Made by a program: the position numbers and the translations under genes
Assembly: GCA_910586245.1 (NCBI GenBank)
Contig: CAJUFY010000004.1
Span: forward strand, 32,573 to 96,572
Direction of reading: 5' to 3'
DNA: 64,000 nucleotides
Origin: an uncultured Christensenella sp.
GTDB lineage: Bacteria > Bacillota > Clostridia > Christensenellales > Borkfalkiaceae
In this document: piece by piece, positions 34,504-43,526 of the stretch
How the letters are laid out: each line of letters begins with the position of its first letter
Numbering within the stretch: position 1 is the first letter of the stretch
The notes under the pieces: model-generated
Seen by the model: the letters and a program-made list of their open reading frames with translations, nothing else
Databases searched by the model: none
Told to the model about the DNA's origin: nothing

Positions 34504-35433
34504 ATGGAAAACACCAACGAAATTGCCTCTGCGGCAAAGCGGAAAAAAGTTCCGATTGCAAAAATCGTCACTTACGTCGTACTCGTGCTTTACACCGTTT
34601 TTTTGTTTTTGCCTTTTCTAATCGTTCTGTGTACGGCGTTCAAAACGGACGCGGAGATTGTGGAAATGGGAAAGATAAACGGCTACACCCTGTTTCCGAA
34701 AAAATGGAGTTTGGAAGGGTTTTCCATGGCGCTTTCGACGAGTGCGGAATACAACGCGGTAAACGGCGTTCCTTCGCTGATCGTCGGCTTCTTCAACAGC
34801 CTTTGGCAGACGTTGATCCCCTTAATCGGCGGACTTGTGGTTTCGGCGTTCGCGGCATTCATGTATTCCAAATATCGTTTTCCGGGGCGCAAGACGCTGT
34901 TTATGGTCACGGTGCTCACGATGATGCTGCCGCTCGGAGCGTTCGGGTTCGTCAGTTATCTCTTTTATGCAAGCATCGGCTGGGTGGGAAGCAAGGGCGT
35001 ACTCGCTATTCTCATTCCGGGACTGTTCGGCGGCGCGGGCACGGTGTTCTTTTTGCGGGCGTACTTCGACAGCGCGATTTCGAACGAAATATTGGAGGCG
35101 GCGAAGATCGACGGCGCAAACGATTTTATCATCTTTCTCGGCATGATTTTACCGCTTGCAAAGCCCGCGATCATTTCGCAATTTCTGTTCGGATTCGTCG
35201 GCGGATACAACAACTACGCTTCGGCGCTGATGTATCTGTACCGGGATAAGAGCATGTGGAGTTTGCAACTCGCGGTGTCCGAATTGGTGACGATCGGTTC
35301 GCAATCCGAAGGCGGCTACGTGAATATGCAATGCGCGGCGTCGATCGCTGCGTTGCTTCCGCTGTTGGCGCTATACGTCGGAGTACAAAAGTACTTTATC
35401 GAAGGCATCACGATCGGCGGCGGAAAGGAATAA
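34504..35433 (+). CDS. Carbohydrate ABC transporter permease (MalG/UgpE-like)
   Basis: ATG 34504 (GGAGGA 9 nt upstream; track start TTG 34498). EAA loop: LEAAKIDGANDFIIFLGMILPLAKP. Confidence 0.88.
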   Translation: MENTNEIASAAKRKKVPIAKIVTYVVLVLYTVFLFLPFLIVLCTAFKTDAEIVEMGKINGYTLFPKKWSLEGFSMALSTSAEYNAVNGVPSLIVGFFNSLWQTLIPLIGGLVVSAFAAFMYSKYRFPGRKTLFMVTVLTMMLPLGAFGFVSYLFYASIGWVGSKGVLAILIPGLFGGAGTVFFLRAYFDSAISNEILEAAKIDGANDFIIFLGMILPLAKPAIISQFLFGFVGGYNNYASALMYLYRDKSMWSLQLAVSELVTIGSQSEGGYVNMQCAASIAALLPLLALYVGVQKYFIEGITIGGGKE

Positions 35434-35447
35434 GAGGAGGAAAGAAA

Positions 35448-37301
35448 ATGAAAAAAATAAAAGTTGCGGCGCTGGCAGTCGTCGCACTCACGTCGGTGGG
35501 AATGCTTTGTGCTTGCGGGGGCGAAACGGTAAAGCAGGTTGCGTACGAACTTCCGCATTACGACGGTACGACGCGCAGAGATTTCGACGCCGAAGATAAA
35601 CCCTATTATAACAGCGAATTTTGGCGCAGGAATTCGAGTTTGAACGAGGGCGCGGACTTTCAGGTTCTGGACGACACGGAGCGCACGGGCTATTTTTACG
35701 CCTATTCCACGGGGTTTAATTACTTTTACTCTAAGGACCTCGAAAATTGGAATTACGGGGCGAGCTTCTTTTCTCCGGAAGGGTTAGCGGGCTGCGACAG
35801 GCTTTGGGCGCCCGAAGTGATTTACAGCGAAGAGGACGAAACGTATTATGCGTTTTTGGCGGTGCAGCCTACGCCCGACACAAAATACGAGGCGTTTACA
35901 GCGCCCGAACACATGCCTGTCATTGCAACGTCCAAAGACCCGCGCGGTCCTTTTAAGCCGCTCACTTTCGAGGACAGAAATACTGCGTATCCGCAGTGGT
36001 ACGCCAAATACTGTTTCCTCGATATGGCGCAGTACCGAGCGGCGTACGAAGCGTTAAACCTTCCCGTAAGCGATACGTCCGCTTGGGAAAAAATTTACAC
36101 TCTGGATGGCGGGATCGTCGATGCGGGTTGGATGCGCGCGTTCGATTTCAGCCCCTTCGTAGACCCCGATACGGGCAAGAAGTATTTGTATTGGAGCCAG
36201 TCGCCCGGCGGTACGGCGGCGGTGGAGATGATTGATTGGACGACGCCCGATTGGAGCACGTTCAAGGTGGTTGCGGCGGCGCTGTATTACACCGTGGACG
36301 ACTACGTAAAGGCGACGAACGGCGATACTTCGGTTGAAAAGGTCTATTACGAAACGTTGGGCGCCTATTGCAACGAAGGACCGTTCGTTTATAAGCATAA
36401 CGGAAAGTATTATCTCACTTTCTCGATCGGGTCGGGAGAAACGGGCAATTACAGCGTCATGCAGGCAATCGGCGACAGCCCGTTAGGTCCCTTCCGTAAG
36501 CTCACGGACGAGGAAAACGGGTTTATCGTGAGCAGCGATCTCGGCTCCAACCGCGGGGTGAGCGGTCCCGGTCACCATTCCTTCGTCCGCGCGCAGGACG
36601 GTAACGGCGACGAAAAGCTCATCATGATGTATCACGCGCAAAAGAGCGTGTATTCGGAGAGCTGGGGCAGGTGTATGCGCCTCGACGAAATCAAATGGGT
36701 GGAAACGCAGGGGATAGACGGCAAAACGTTCGACGTGATGCATTTGAACGGACCGTCGATTACCGTGCAGCCCACGTTCGGCGTGGGAAGAGCAGTAGGC
36801 GATATCACTTCGCGCGTGAAAAACGCGACGCTCGTGCGCGGAACGGTAAAAGAGGGCAGCGCCGAAAATCTTATCGACGGACTGATTCCCACCCACTTGA
36901 AGATGAATCAAGCGTTCGAGAACAAGTACGTAAAGGAAACGGAAATCAGCGTAACCTCCACCTTTGAACTGGAATTCGAAACCGAGCAGGAACTGCGCGG
37001 CATTATGATCTACAATTCCAAAAATACCGAAAAGGCGTTTGCGAAAATCAAGGACATTGCGTTTATTTCGGAAAACAACGGCGCGGAACGGATCGATTAT
37101 ATTCAGGAGCTCGAAGTCGATAAAGCGGCAAGCTATTTCTTCGATATCCGCAATAACCGTTACGACGGGATTCAGCGTTGCAGCAACGTCTATGCCGAGT
37201 TCGATGCGATCAAGGTGAAGAAGATTCGCTTTACGGTGGAATTGCCCAAAGGGCAGAAACGTGCGGCCGTCGGCGAAGTCGTCGTCCTCGGAAAATATTA
37301 A
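35448..37301 (+). CDS. Lipoprotein GH43-like five-bladed beta-propeller glycosidase with a C-terminal discoidin/CBM32-like module
   Basis: ATG 35448 follows GAGGAGGAAAG; the track ORF has a spurious extension from 35256. Lipobox in MKKIKVAALAVVALTSVGMLCAC. Motifs: LWAPEVIY, CNEGPFVYKHNGKYYLTFS, GPGHHSF. Tail: AENLIDGL...IMIYNSK...VYAEFDAIKVKKIRF. Confidence 0.7.
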   Translation: MKKIKVAALAVVALTSVGMLCACGGETVKQVAYELPHYDGTTRRDFDAEDKPYYNSEFWRRNSSLNEGADFQVLDDTERTGYFYAYSTGFNYFYSKDLENWNYGASFFSPEGLAGCDRLWAPEVIYSEEDETYYAFLAVQPTPDTKYEAFTAPEHMPVIATSKDPRGPFKPLTFEDRNTAYPQWYAKYCFLDMAQYRAAYEALNLPVSDTSAWEKIYTLDGGIVDAGWMRAFDFSPFVDPDTGKKYLYWSQSPGGTAAVEMIDWTTPDWSTFKVVAAALYYTVDDYVKATNGDTSVEKVYYETLGAYCNEGPFVYKHNGKYYLTFSIGSGETGNYSVMQAIGDSPLGPFRKLTDEENGFIVSSDLGSNRGVSGPGHHSFVRAQDGNGDEKLIMMYHAQKSVYSESWGRCMRLDEIKWVETQGIDGKTFDVMHLNGPSITVQPTFGVGRAVGDITSRVKNATLVRGTVKEGSAENLIDGLIPTHLKMNQAFENKYVKETEISVTSTFELEFETEQELRGIMIYNSKNTEKAFAKIKDIAFISENNGAERIDYIQELEVDKAASYFFDIRNNRYDGIQRCSNVYAEFDAIKVKKIRFTVELPKGQKRAAVGEVVVLGKY

Positions 37302-37313
37302 GGAGGAAAGAAG

Positions 37314-38348
37314 ATGAAAAAGTTTACGGCAATCGCGCTCGGCGCAATTATGACCGTTTCGGCGGCAGGGCTTCTTGCAGGTTGCGGCGGTTTGCAGGCA
37401 AAAGGTCCGCAGTACGAATATACGGCAATCAAGTCGGATAAAACGTACGGTTTCGAAAAGGATAATCCCGTCATCGACGGTAACGTAAAGATCGACGGAA
37501 AGTTCGACGAGAGTTTTTATAACGAATCGCGTAAGTGGTTCAAGGGGCATAAGGTCTCGAATAACGAGGACGGAACGCTGGACGTAACGACATATTTTTC
37601 CAAATCGGGCATTGTGGTGGCGGCAAAGTTCCGCGATAGTCTTCCCGTCGTTTACAGCGAACACGTCGCTACCGGCAACAGCAGCTGCTTTAACTGTTAT
37701 TTTTCAGTCGATTCGAAGAGCAGTCCCAATTACAGCGTATACGAAGTGGAGTGTTCGGCGGGAAACGTTTTTAATTTCAGTTTAATGACGGCGTTGGGTA
37801 TCCGCAATATCGACACGTCGGGATACGATATCTATTCTGCCGTCGTGCGGCACGGGAGCATTGCGAAGGGCGAGTGCTACGGGTTCGACGCGGAGTATTT
37901 CATGCCGTGGTCGCTGTTCGGATTGGAGACGCGCCCCGAGCTCGTTTACCTCAATCCCACCATGATTTCGGCGCAATTCAACGAGGAAAATATGCTCGAA
38001 AGCGGAGCCTTCAGAACTTGGTATAACTTCGGGGCAAGACAATCGCCCGAAATTTCCGCATGGGGGGCATACAATCAAGGCTACGCGTTCGATCAAGACG
38101 GCTTTATCAGCAATCAAATCACGATCCAGTCCGAGGGGGGAACGGTAACCGAAGAATGGGGTTACGATTGGTGTCTTACGGGCGATACGGTGAACTTTAA
38201 CATGAAACCCGACGCAGGAAAAGAACTCGTTTCGATTACTGCAAACGGCAGGGACGTTACGGGCGAAGTAAAGAGAGGAGTCCTCTCCGTACGTTGCAGC
38301 GGCGATATCGAAATCTCGGCGACGTTTGCCGAAAAACAGGCTCAGTGA
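37314..38348 (+). CDS. Lipoprotein with a CBM9/DOMON-like module, no catalytic motif recognised
   Basis: Lipobox in MKKFTAIALGAIMTVSAAGLLAGC. VIDGNVKIDGKFDESFYNE...GIVVAAKFRD resembles CBM9-like modules also present in 2227..4023 and 38391..43445. Confidence 0.55.
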   Translation: MKKFTAIALGAIMTVSAAGLLAGCGGLQAKGPQYEYTAIKSDKTYGFEKDNPVIDGNVKIDGKFDESFYNESRKWFKGHKVSNNEDGTLDVTTYFSKSGIVVAAKFRDSLPVVYSEHVATGNSSCFNCYFSVDSKSSPNYSVYEVECSAGNVFNFSLMTALGIRNIDTSGYDIYSAVVRHGSIAKGECYGFDAEYFMPWSLFGLETRPELVYLNPTMISAQFNEENMLESGAFRTWYNFGARQSPEISAWGAYNQGYAFDQDGFISNQITIQSEGGTVTEEWGYDWCLTGDTVNFNMKPDAGKELVSITANGRDVTGEVKRGVLSVRCSGDIEISATFAEKQAQ

Positions 38349-38390
38349 AACGCTTGCGTTTCTAAAAAATATTTTAAGGAGTAGGAAGAA

Positions 38391-41300
38391 ATGAGGAAAA
38401 AGAACAAAGCCATTTTAGCGCTCAGCGTGTTATTCACGCTTTCCTTCGGCGCAGCCCTTGCAGGTTGCGGCGGAGGCGGGCATAAACCGACGCTCGTCGA
38501 AGGGAAAGACCCCACCTGTACGGAATCGGGTTACGAACAGTATTATTTGTGCACGCACTGCGACAAATTCTATTCCGACGAGGCGTGCAAAAAGGAAATT
38601 CCCGCGCCCGTTGCAATCAACGCGCTCGGGCACGACATGACAAAACACGACGAGGACGAGGCAACCTGCACGCACCCCGGAAATGTAGAGTATTACACCT
38701 GTTCGCGGGAGGAGGGCGTTTATTATGCCGACTCGGAGGGATCGCAAAAGCTTTCCGAAATCGGCGTGACGGTCGATCACGATTTCTCGGGCGAAGGGTT
38801 TCGTCCCGCCGAGGATCCCACAAAAGACGCGTACGGCAGAAAACCTTCCTGGACATGCAACTCGTGCCATACGATGTACGGCGACAAATACGGCGATAAG
38901 GTCGTGACGGAAGAGGATTTGCGGATCGACAAGATTCAGGAAACGATCGACGGCGAGTTGACGGACGAATTCTATCAGGAAGAGAACGCATTTGTGATCG
39001 GTGCAAGTAACGTGCGCGAAGGCGGTTTGGGCATAGTGTTAAACGCGACGCTCGCAAAGGACGGCGTTTATTTTCACTTGGTTACGAATCACAATACGCC
39101 CGCAGCGGAACAGGACAGATGGGGAAGCGTTAAAATTTATATCAACGCCCGCAACACCGAGGATAAAAAACTGCCCGGGAATGCGGCGGTCAGCGAAGCG
39201 CAGACCATCGTGATGAATCTCGGGCTCAACGGCAATATCGGTACGCACGACGCGCATACCGTGAAGTCGTTCAAAACCGTAACGAACGAAGAAAAAGCGC
39301 CTACGAAGTATACGACCGTTTGGGAAGTTTATTGTTCCTTTGAAAAACTTGCCCAAACCAACAAATCCGTTTTGCAATACGCCTTTGAAGAGCAAGACGG
39401 CAAAACCGTTCTTAAAAACGGATATAACGTGTTGGTGACGACGGTCGGGTGCATGTACAACAAAGACCAAGCCGAAAAGTTCGAGAACAACGGAACGAGC
39501 CTTTGCTCGCCGATCGGCGACGGCGACGTGACGGAGGCATGGTATCTCTGGGAGAAGTCGGGTTATTCCGACAGAAGCGAGGCGCATAAATATATGATCG
39601 TCACGCAAGAGGGCTTATCGGAGGATTTCCGCACCGTGGCAACGGAATACAAGGTAAATATCGTTGCAGATGATAACGTAACGATCAGCGGATTATCCGA
39701 AAAAGTAGCGGTAGACGGAACGCTGGAAGGAACGGTTACCGTGAAGGAAGGCTACGTGTTCCGCGGATTGAACGTCAACGGCAAAACGGTACAGGCAAGT
39801 GCGGGTGCGTTCAGCGTTTCGATTTCCGATTTGGAGCTTCCCTGGAATACGGCGGATATTACCGTAACCCCCGTTGTCGTGAAAAACGAAACGCAGACGG
39901 TTGCGGTTACGCTCAAAGATAAAACGAAAGACGGCGTTTCTTTGCTTGCAAATGCAGACGTTTCTTTAACGGACGGCTTCGGCGAACCGATTACGGTAAC
40001 GACCGATGCAAACGGCGTAGTTACCTTTAACGATCTCCTGTGCACGACCTACACGCTTACGGTGGAAGGCTATCCGCAAAAGACGCTTGTCGTAACGAAA
40101 GGCACGGGAACGGCGGAATTCGAATTGATTAAGATTTTTGCGATTGCCGGCAACGACAACGTGATTGTGAGCGATTTGGAGAAATCCGTTTCGATCGTGG
40201 AAGCATTGAATCCCGATAAAACTTATACGGGCACGGCGGAGGTCGTAACGGACAGCGCTCTCAAAACGGCGAACGTTCTGTTGGAAACGACGGTAAGAGC
40301 GGAAAATTTTGCCGACGGTTGGACTTATAAGACGACGATGCAGCGTTTCATGATTCAGATGACGGAAAGCGGCAAAGGACTTTTCTTCTGGGTTTTCAAT
40401 AACGGCGGCTATAAAGCAAATATCAAATCAATCAACAATTTGTATAATTACGAGAATGAAGGCGGTTCGGAGCTCGACATCAATAATTGGGGCGAAGACG
40501 GAAGAGGCTGGATCGTTCCGTTCATCAGAAGCGACGACGGCTTGAAACTGCGCGTGATAAGAGACGGAAACTCGATCGCATTATATGCGTACGATAATGC
40601 GGATTGGGTTTATTTCGGGAAGGTCGATTGCGAAGAAAACGATCAAACGAAAATCGTATTTTACGGCACGGGCTGCGGCTGGGAATTCACGCAAACGTCG
40701 GTTACGAATATCGGAACTTATGTGGAAGAACAGCTTCCCGTGGTCGGAACGCCCGGTCATATCGCGCACTATGTAAACGGAAACAAATACTATCTGCCTG
40801 ACGGCACGCCGATTACTGCGGCTGAAGTTAAGACGGAATTGATCGAGTCTCAGGCGACGGTAACGCTCGTATTAAAGAATTTGGACGGCGAAAACGTAAC
40901 GGTGGCAAACGGGACGGAGATTACAATAAACTCGCTCTTCCACAACGGAACGCTTACGGCGGGCGCGAACGGCGTTCTGAGCGGGACGCTCTACGTCGGC
41001 GAATACACGGCGAGCCTTTACGGATATAAAGACGCACCGCTTACCGTTTCGGAAAGCGGGGAAGTCACGCTTATCATGAACGCGACGATTGCACATGCAA
41101 ACAATAACAACGTTGTTGTAAACGATGCGGACGGGACAGTCACGATTGCGGAAGGATTGCCTGCGGACAATTCGTATACAGGCAATGCGGAATTCGTCAC
41201 GGACGGCGCGTTGGGATCTGCGAACGTATTGTTCGAGGTGACGGTAAAAGCGGATAATTTTGAGGACGGTTGGACTTACAAAACGACCATGCAGCGCTTC

Positions 41301-43445
41301 ATGATTCAAATGACGGAGAGCGGCAAAGGCGTATTTTTCTGGACGTTTAACAGCAATGGCGACAAAGCGAACGTCAAAGCAATCAATAGTTTAACGGATC
41401 GTACGCAGGAGGGCGGCGCAGAGCTTGACCTCGATAAAACGACGACGGAAGAGCAAAGAGGCTGGGTCGTTCCGTTTATAAAGGGCGACGGGTTGAGGCT
41501 GCGCCTGGTGCGAAACGGAGATAAGATCGCGTTGTATGGACGCAACGAATCGGAATGGATTTACCTCGGCAGCGCGGAATGTGAAGAAAACGCTCAAACG
41601 AAGGTCGTGCTTTACGGCACGGGCTGCGGCTGGGAATTTTCTCAAATGAATGTGACCGCTCTCGGAACACACGTCGATGAACGGCTCTTCGAGGCGGGAA
41701 CGCCCGGTCATATCGAGCATTTCGTAAACGGCGATCAATACTATTTGCCCGACGGCACGCCGACCACGGCGGAAGCGGTTAAGCTTGATATGGAAGTTTC
41801 TGCGGCGACGGTGACGCTCGTGTTAAAGGGCTTAAACGGCGAAAATCTGCCGATTCCCGAAGGAACGGAAATAGCGGTCGAATCGCGTTATCATAAAGGC
41901 GTGCTCACGGCGGACGCAAACGGCGTTCTGAGCGGAACGCTTTGCGCGGGAGAGGAATATACGGTAACGCTTTACGGCTTTAACGACGAAACGTTTGCGG
42001 TGGAAGCGAGCGGGGAAGCAACGCTTACCATGAATGCGACGATTGCCTATGCAAGCAACGATAACGTGATTGTAGACAACGCAAATCAGAAGATTGCGAT
42101 TGTGGAAAGTCTGCCTGCCGATAAGTCGTATACAGGACATGCGGAACTTGTAACTGACGGCGCACTGAAAAATGCGGACGTCGTATTGGAAACGACGGTA
42201 AAAGCCGTCAACTTCGAAGACGGTTGGACGGTGAAATCGACCATGCAGCGTTTCATCGTTCAGATAACCGACAGCGGCAAGGGTTTCTTCTTCTGGACGT
42301 GGAATGCAGAGGGCAATAAAGCGTGCTATCAGGAAATTTACAGCCTGACCAACCGTGAGGAAAACAAGGGAAGAGATTTAAACGATTGGACGGAAAAAGA
42401 AAGAGGCTGGATCGTTCCGTTCGTAAGGGGCGAGGGATTGAAGCTGCGCATTATGCGGAGCGGAAATAAAATTGCTTTATACGCTTACAACGGTACGGAA
42501 TGGTTAGAGCTCGGTTATACGGATTGCGAAGCAAACGATAACCTGAAGGTTTGCTTCTACGGAACGGGCTGCGGCTGGGAGTTCTCGGAAATTGCCGTCA
42601 CGGCGGCGGAAGAATATACGCTCAACGCGACCGTTACTGGGAATAAGGCGGGCGTTACGACCAATCTCACCGAAGGCGCGACGGTACGCTTTACGAACCT
42701 TCTCGGCTACGACAAAACGTTTACGGTCGGCACGAACGGCACGATCGGCGGCGCGAACGAAAAGCTTCCCGCGGGTGTATATTCCGTTACGGTTACCGGG
42801 AATGCGTATGCGGTTTATCTAAAGAAACTGACCGTTTCCGAAAACGTTACGGAAATCGTGTTCGAATACAAAAGATTCGATATCGTGGAGCGTGACGGAA
42901 GCTACGATCTTTACGACTTCTCGCACGTCAACGATGAAAACGCGACGATCGAGAACAAGCAGTACGTCGAACGGTTCAATGCTCTTTCGACCGATACCTA
43001 TAACGACGTTTCCGTAACGCTCGGCGGTAAGTTCAACAACAGCATGGCGGGCAACCGTTCGCAGGGTATCTTCATCAAATTCGAAGACGGAAAGTATATG
43101 TTCCTTCGGTTCAGCTGGTGGGATAATCAGTATAAAATCGAGTACATGCAAGGCGGCGGGGATACCTGGAATTTGCCCGTCGTGCAGGATTGGCCTTGGG
43201 ACGACGTTCTCAAATTCGATGAAACGCAAACGAATACGTGGACTTCCAATCAGGAGATGAAGTTGCAGCTCGTTCGCAGCGGCAATACGCTGAAAGTTTA
43301 TCTGGACGGCGTGTGCGTGCGTACGAATACGCTGAACGAAGAATACGCCGACGACAAAGTGCAGGTCGGATTCTTTGCCTGGGACGCTGCGGAGGACGGC
43401 GCAACGTGGAACTTCGAGATTTCGGAAACGCTTCCCGAAGCTTGA
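38391..43445 (+). CDS. Giant (1684 aa) cell-surface lipoprotein. N-terminal His/Cys modules, a CBM9-like module, then alternating Ig-like and LamG/ConA-like modules (three close repeats plus a fourth divergent LamG-like domain).
   Basis: Lipobox in MRKKNKAILALSVLFTLSFGAALAGC. CTESGYEQYYLCTHC / CTHPGNVEYYTC / WTCNSCH modules. Repeated blocks MQRFMIQMTESGKG, RGWIVPF, GTGCGWEF. No catalytic signature recognised. Confidence 0.85.
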   Translation: MRKKNKAILALSVLFTLSFGAALAGCGGGGHKPTLVEGKDPTCTESGYEQYYLCTHCDKFYSDEACKKEIPAPVAINALGHDMTKHDEDEATCTHPGNVEYYTCSREEGVYYADSEGSQKLSEIGVTVDHDFSGEGFRPAEDPTKDAYGRKPSWTCNSCHTMYGDKYGDKVVTEEDLRIDKIQETIDGELTDEFYQEENAFVIGASNVREGGLGIVLNATLAKDGVYFHLVTNHNTPAAEQDRWGSVKIYINARNTEDKKLPGNAAVSEAQTIVMNLGLNGNIGTHDAHTVKSFKTVTNEEKAPTKYTTVWEVYCSFEKLAQTNKSVLQYAFEEQDGKTVLKNGYNVLVTTVGCMYNKDQAEKFENNGTSLCSPIGDGDVTEAWYLWEKSGYSDRSEAHKYMIVTQEGLSEDFRTVATEYKVNIVADDNVTISGLSEKVAVDGTLEGTVTVKEGYVFRGLNVNGKTVQASAGAFSVSISDLELPWNTADITVTPVVVKNETQTVAVTLKDKTKDGVSLLANADVSLTDGFGEPITVTTDANGVVTFNDLLCTTYTLTVEGYPQKTLVVTKGTGTAEFELIKIFAIAGNDNVIVSDLEKSVSIVEALNPDKTYTGTAEVVTDSALKTANVLLETTVRAENFADGWTYKTTMQRFMIQMTESGKGLFFWVFNNGGYKANIKSINNLYNYENEGGSELDINNWGEDGRGWIVPFIRSDDGLKLRVIRDGNSIALYAYDNADWVYFGKVDCEENDQTKIVFYGTGCGWEFTQTSVTNIGTYVEEQLPVVGTPGHIAHYVNGNKYYLPDGTPITAAEVKTELIESQATVTLVLKNLDGENVTVANGTEITINSLFHNGTLTAGANGVLSGTLYVGEYTASLYGYKDAPLTVSESGEVTLIMNATIAHANNNNVVVNDADGTVTIAEGLPADNSYTGNAEFVTDGALGSANVLFEVTVKADNFEDGWTYKTTMQRFMIQMTESGKGVFFWTFNSNGDKANVKAINSLTDRTQEGGAELDLDKTTTEEQRGWVVPFIKGDGLRLRLVRNGDKIALYGRNESEWIYLGSAECEENAQTKVVLYGTGCGWEFSQMNVTALGTHVDERLFEAGTPGHIEHFVNGDQYYLPDGTPTTAEAVKLDMEVSAATVTLVLKGLNGENLPIPEGTEIAVESRYHKGVLTADANGVLSGTLCAGEEYTVTLYGFNDETFAVEASGEATLTMNATIAYASNDNVIVDNANQKIAIVESLPADKSYTGHAELVTDGALKNADVVLETTVKAVNFEDGWTVKSTMQRFIVQITDSGKGFFFWTWNAEGNKACYQEIYSLTNREENKGRDLNDWTEKERGWIVPFVRGEGLKLRIMRSGNKIALYAYNGTEWLELGYTDCEANDNLKVCFYGTGCGWEFSEIAVTAAEEYTLNATVTGNKAGVTTNLTEGATVRFTNLLGYDKTFTVGTNGTIGGANEKLPAGVYSVTVTGNAYAVYLKKLTVSENVTEIVFEYKRFDIVERDGSYDLYDFSHVNDENATIENKQYVERFNALSTDTYNDVSVTLGGKFNNSMAGNRSQGIFIKFEDGKYMFLRFSWWDNQYKIEYMQGGGDTWNLPVVQDWPWDDVLKFDETQTNTWTSNQEMKLQLVRSGNTLKVYLDGVCVRTNTLNEEYADDKVQVGFFAWDAAEDGATWNFEISETLPEA
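40141..42600 (+). repeat. Intragenic tandem repeats, period about 950-955 nt (2.5 copies at DNA level)
   Basis: ATGCAGCG(T/C)TTCAT at 40338, 41288 and 42243. GGCTGCGGCTGGGA at about 40671, 41621 and 42566. Local identity is high in the conserved blocks and lower elsewhere. Confidence 0.85.
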
Positions 43446-43475
43446 AATTGAATTTTTGTTGAAAAGACTGCAAAA

Positions 43476-43502
43476 GGGGGTGGCGGCGTCTGCCGCCGCC
43501 CC
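43476..43502 (+). promoter_or_regulatory. Intercistronic GC-rich hairpin (11 bp) without a clear U-tail
   Basis: GGGGGTGGCGGC-GTCT-GCCGCCGCCCC, 25 nt upstream of the next start codon. Confidence 0.5.
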
Positions 43503-43526
43503 TGACTGTTCGGTGAGGAGTAAAAA

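Noticed and set aside
38391-43445. Diversity-generating retroelement or contingency-type variation in the repeat lipoprotein
   Set aside because: No reverse transcriptase gene, template repeat or adenine-biased mismatch pattern is evident. The repeats look like ordinary diverged domain duplications.
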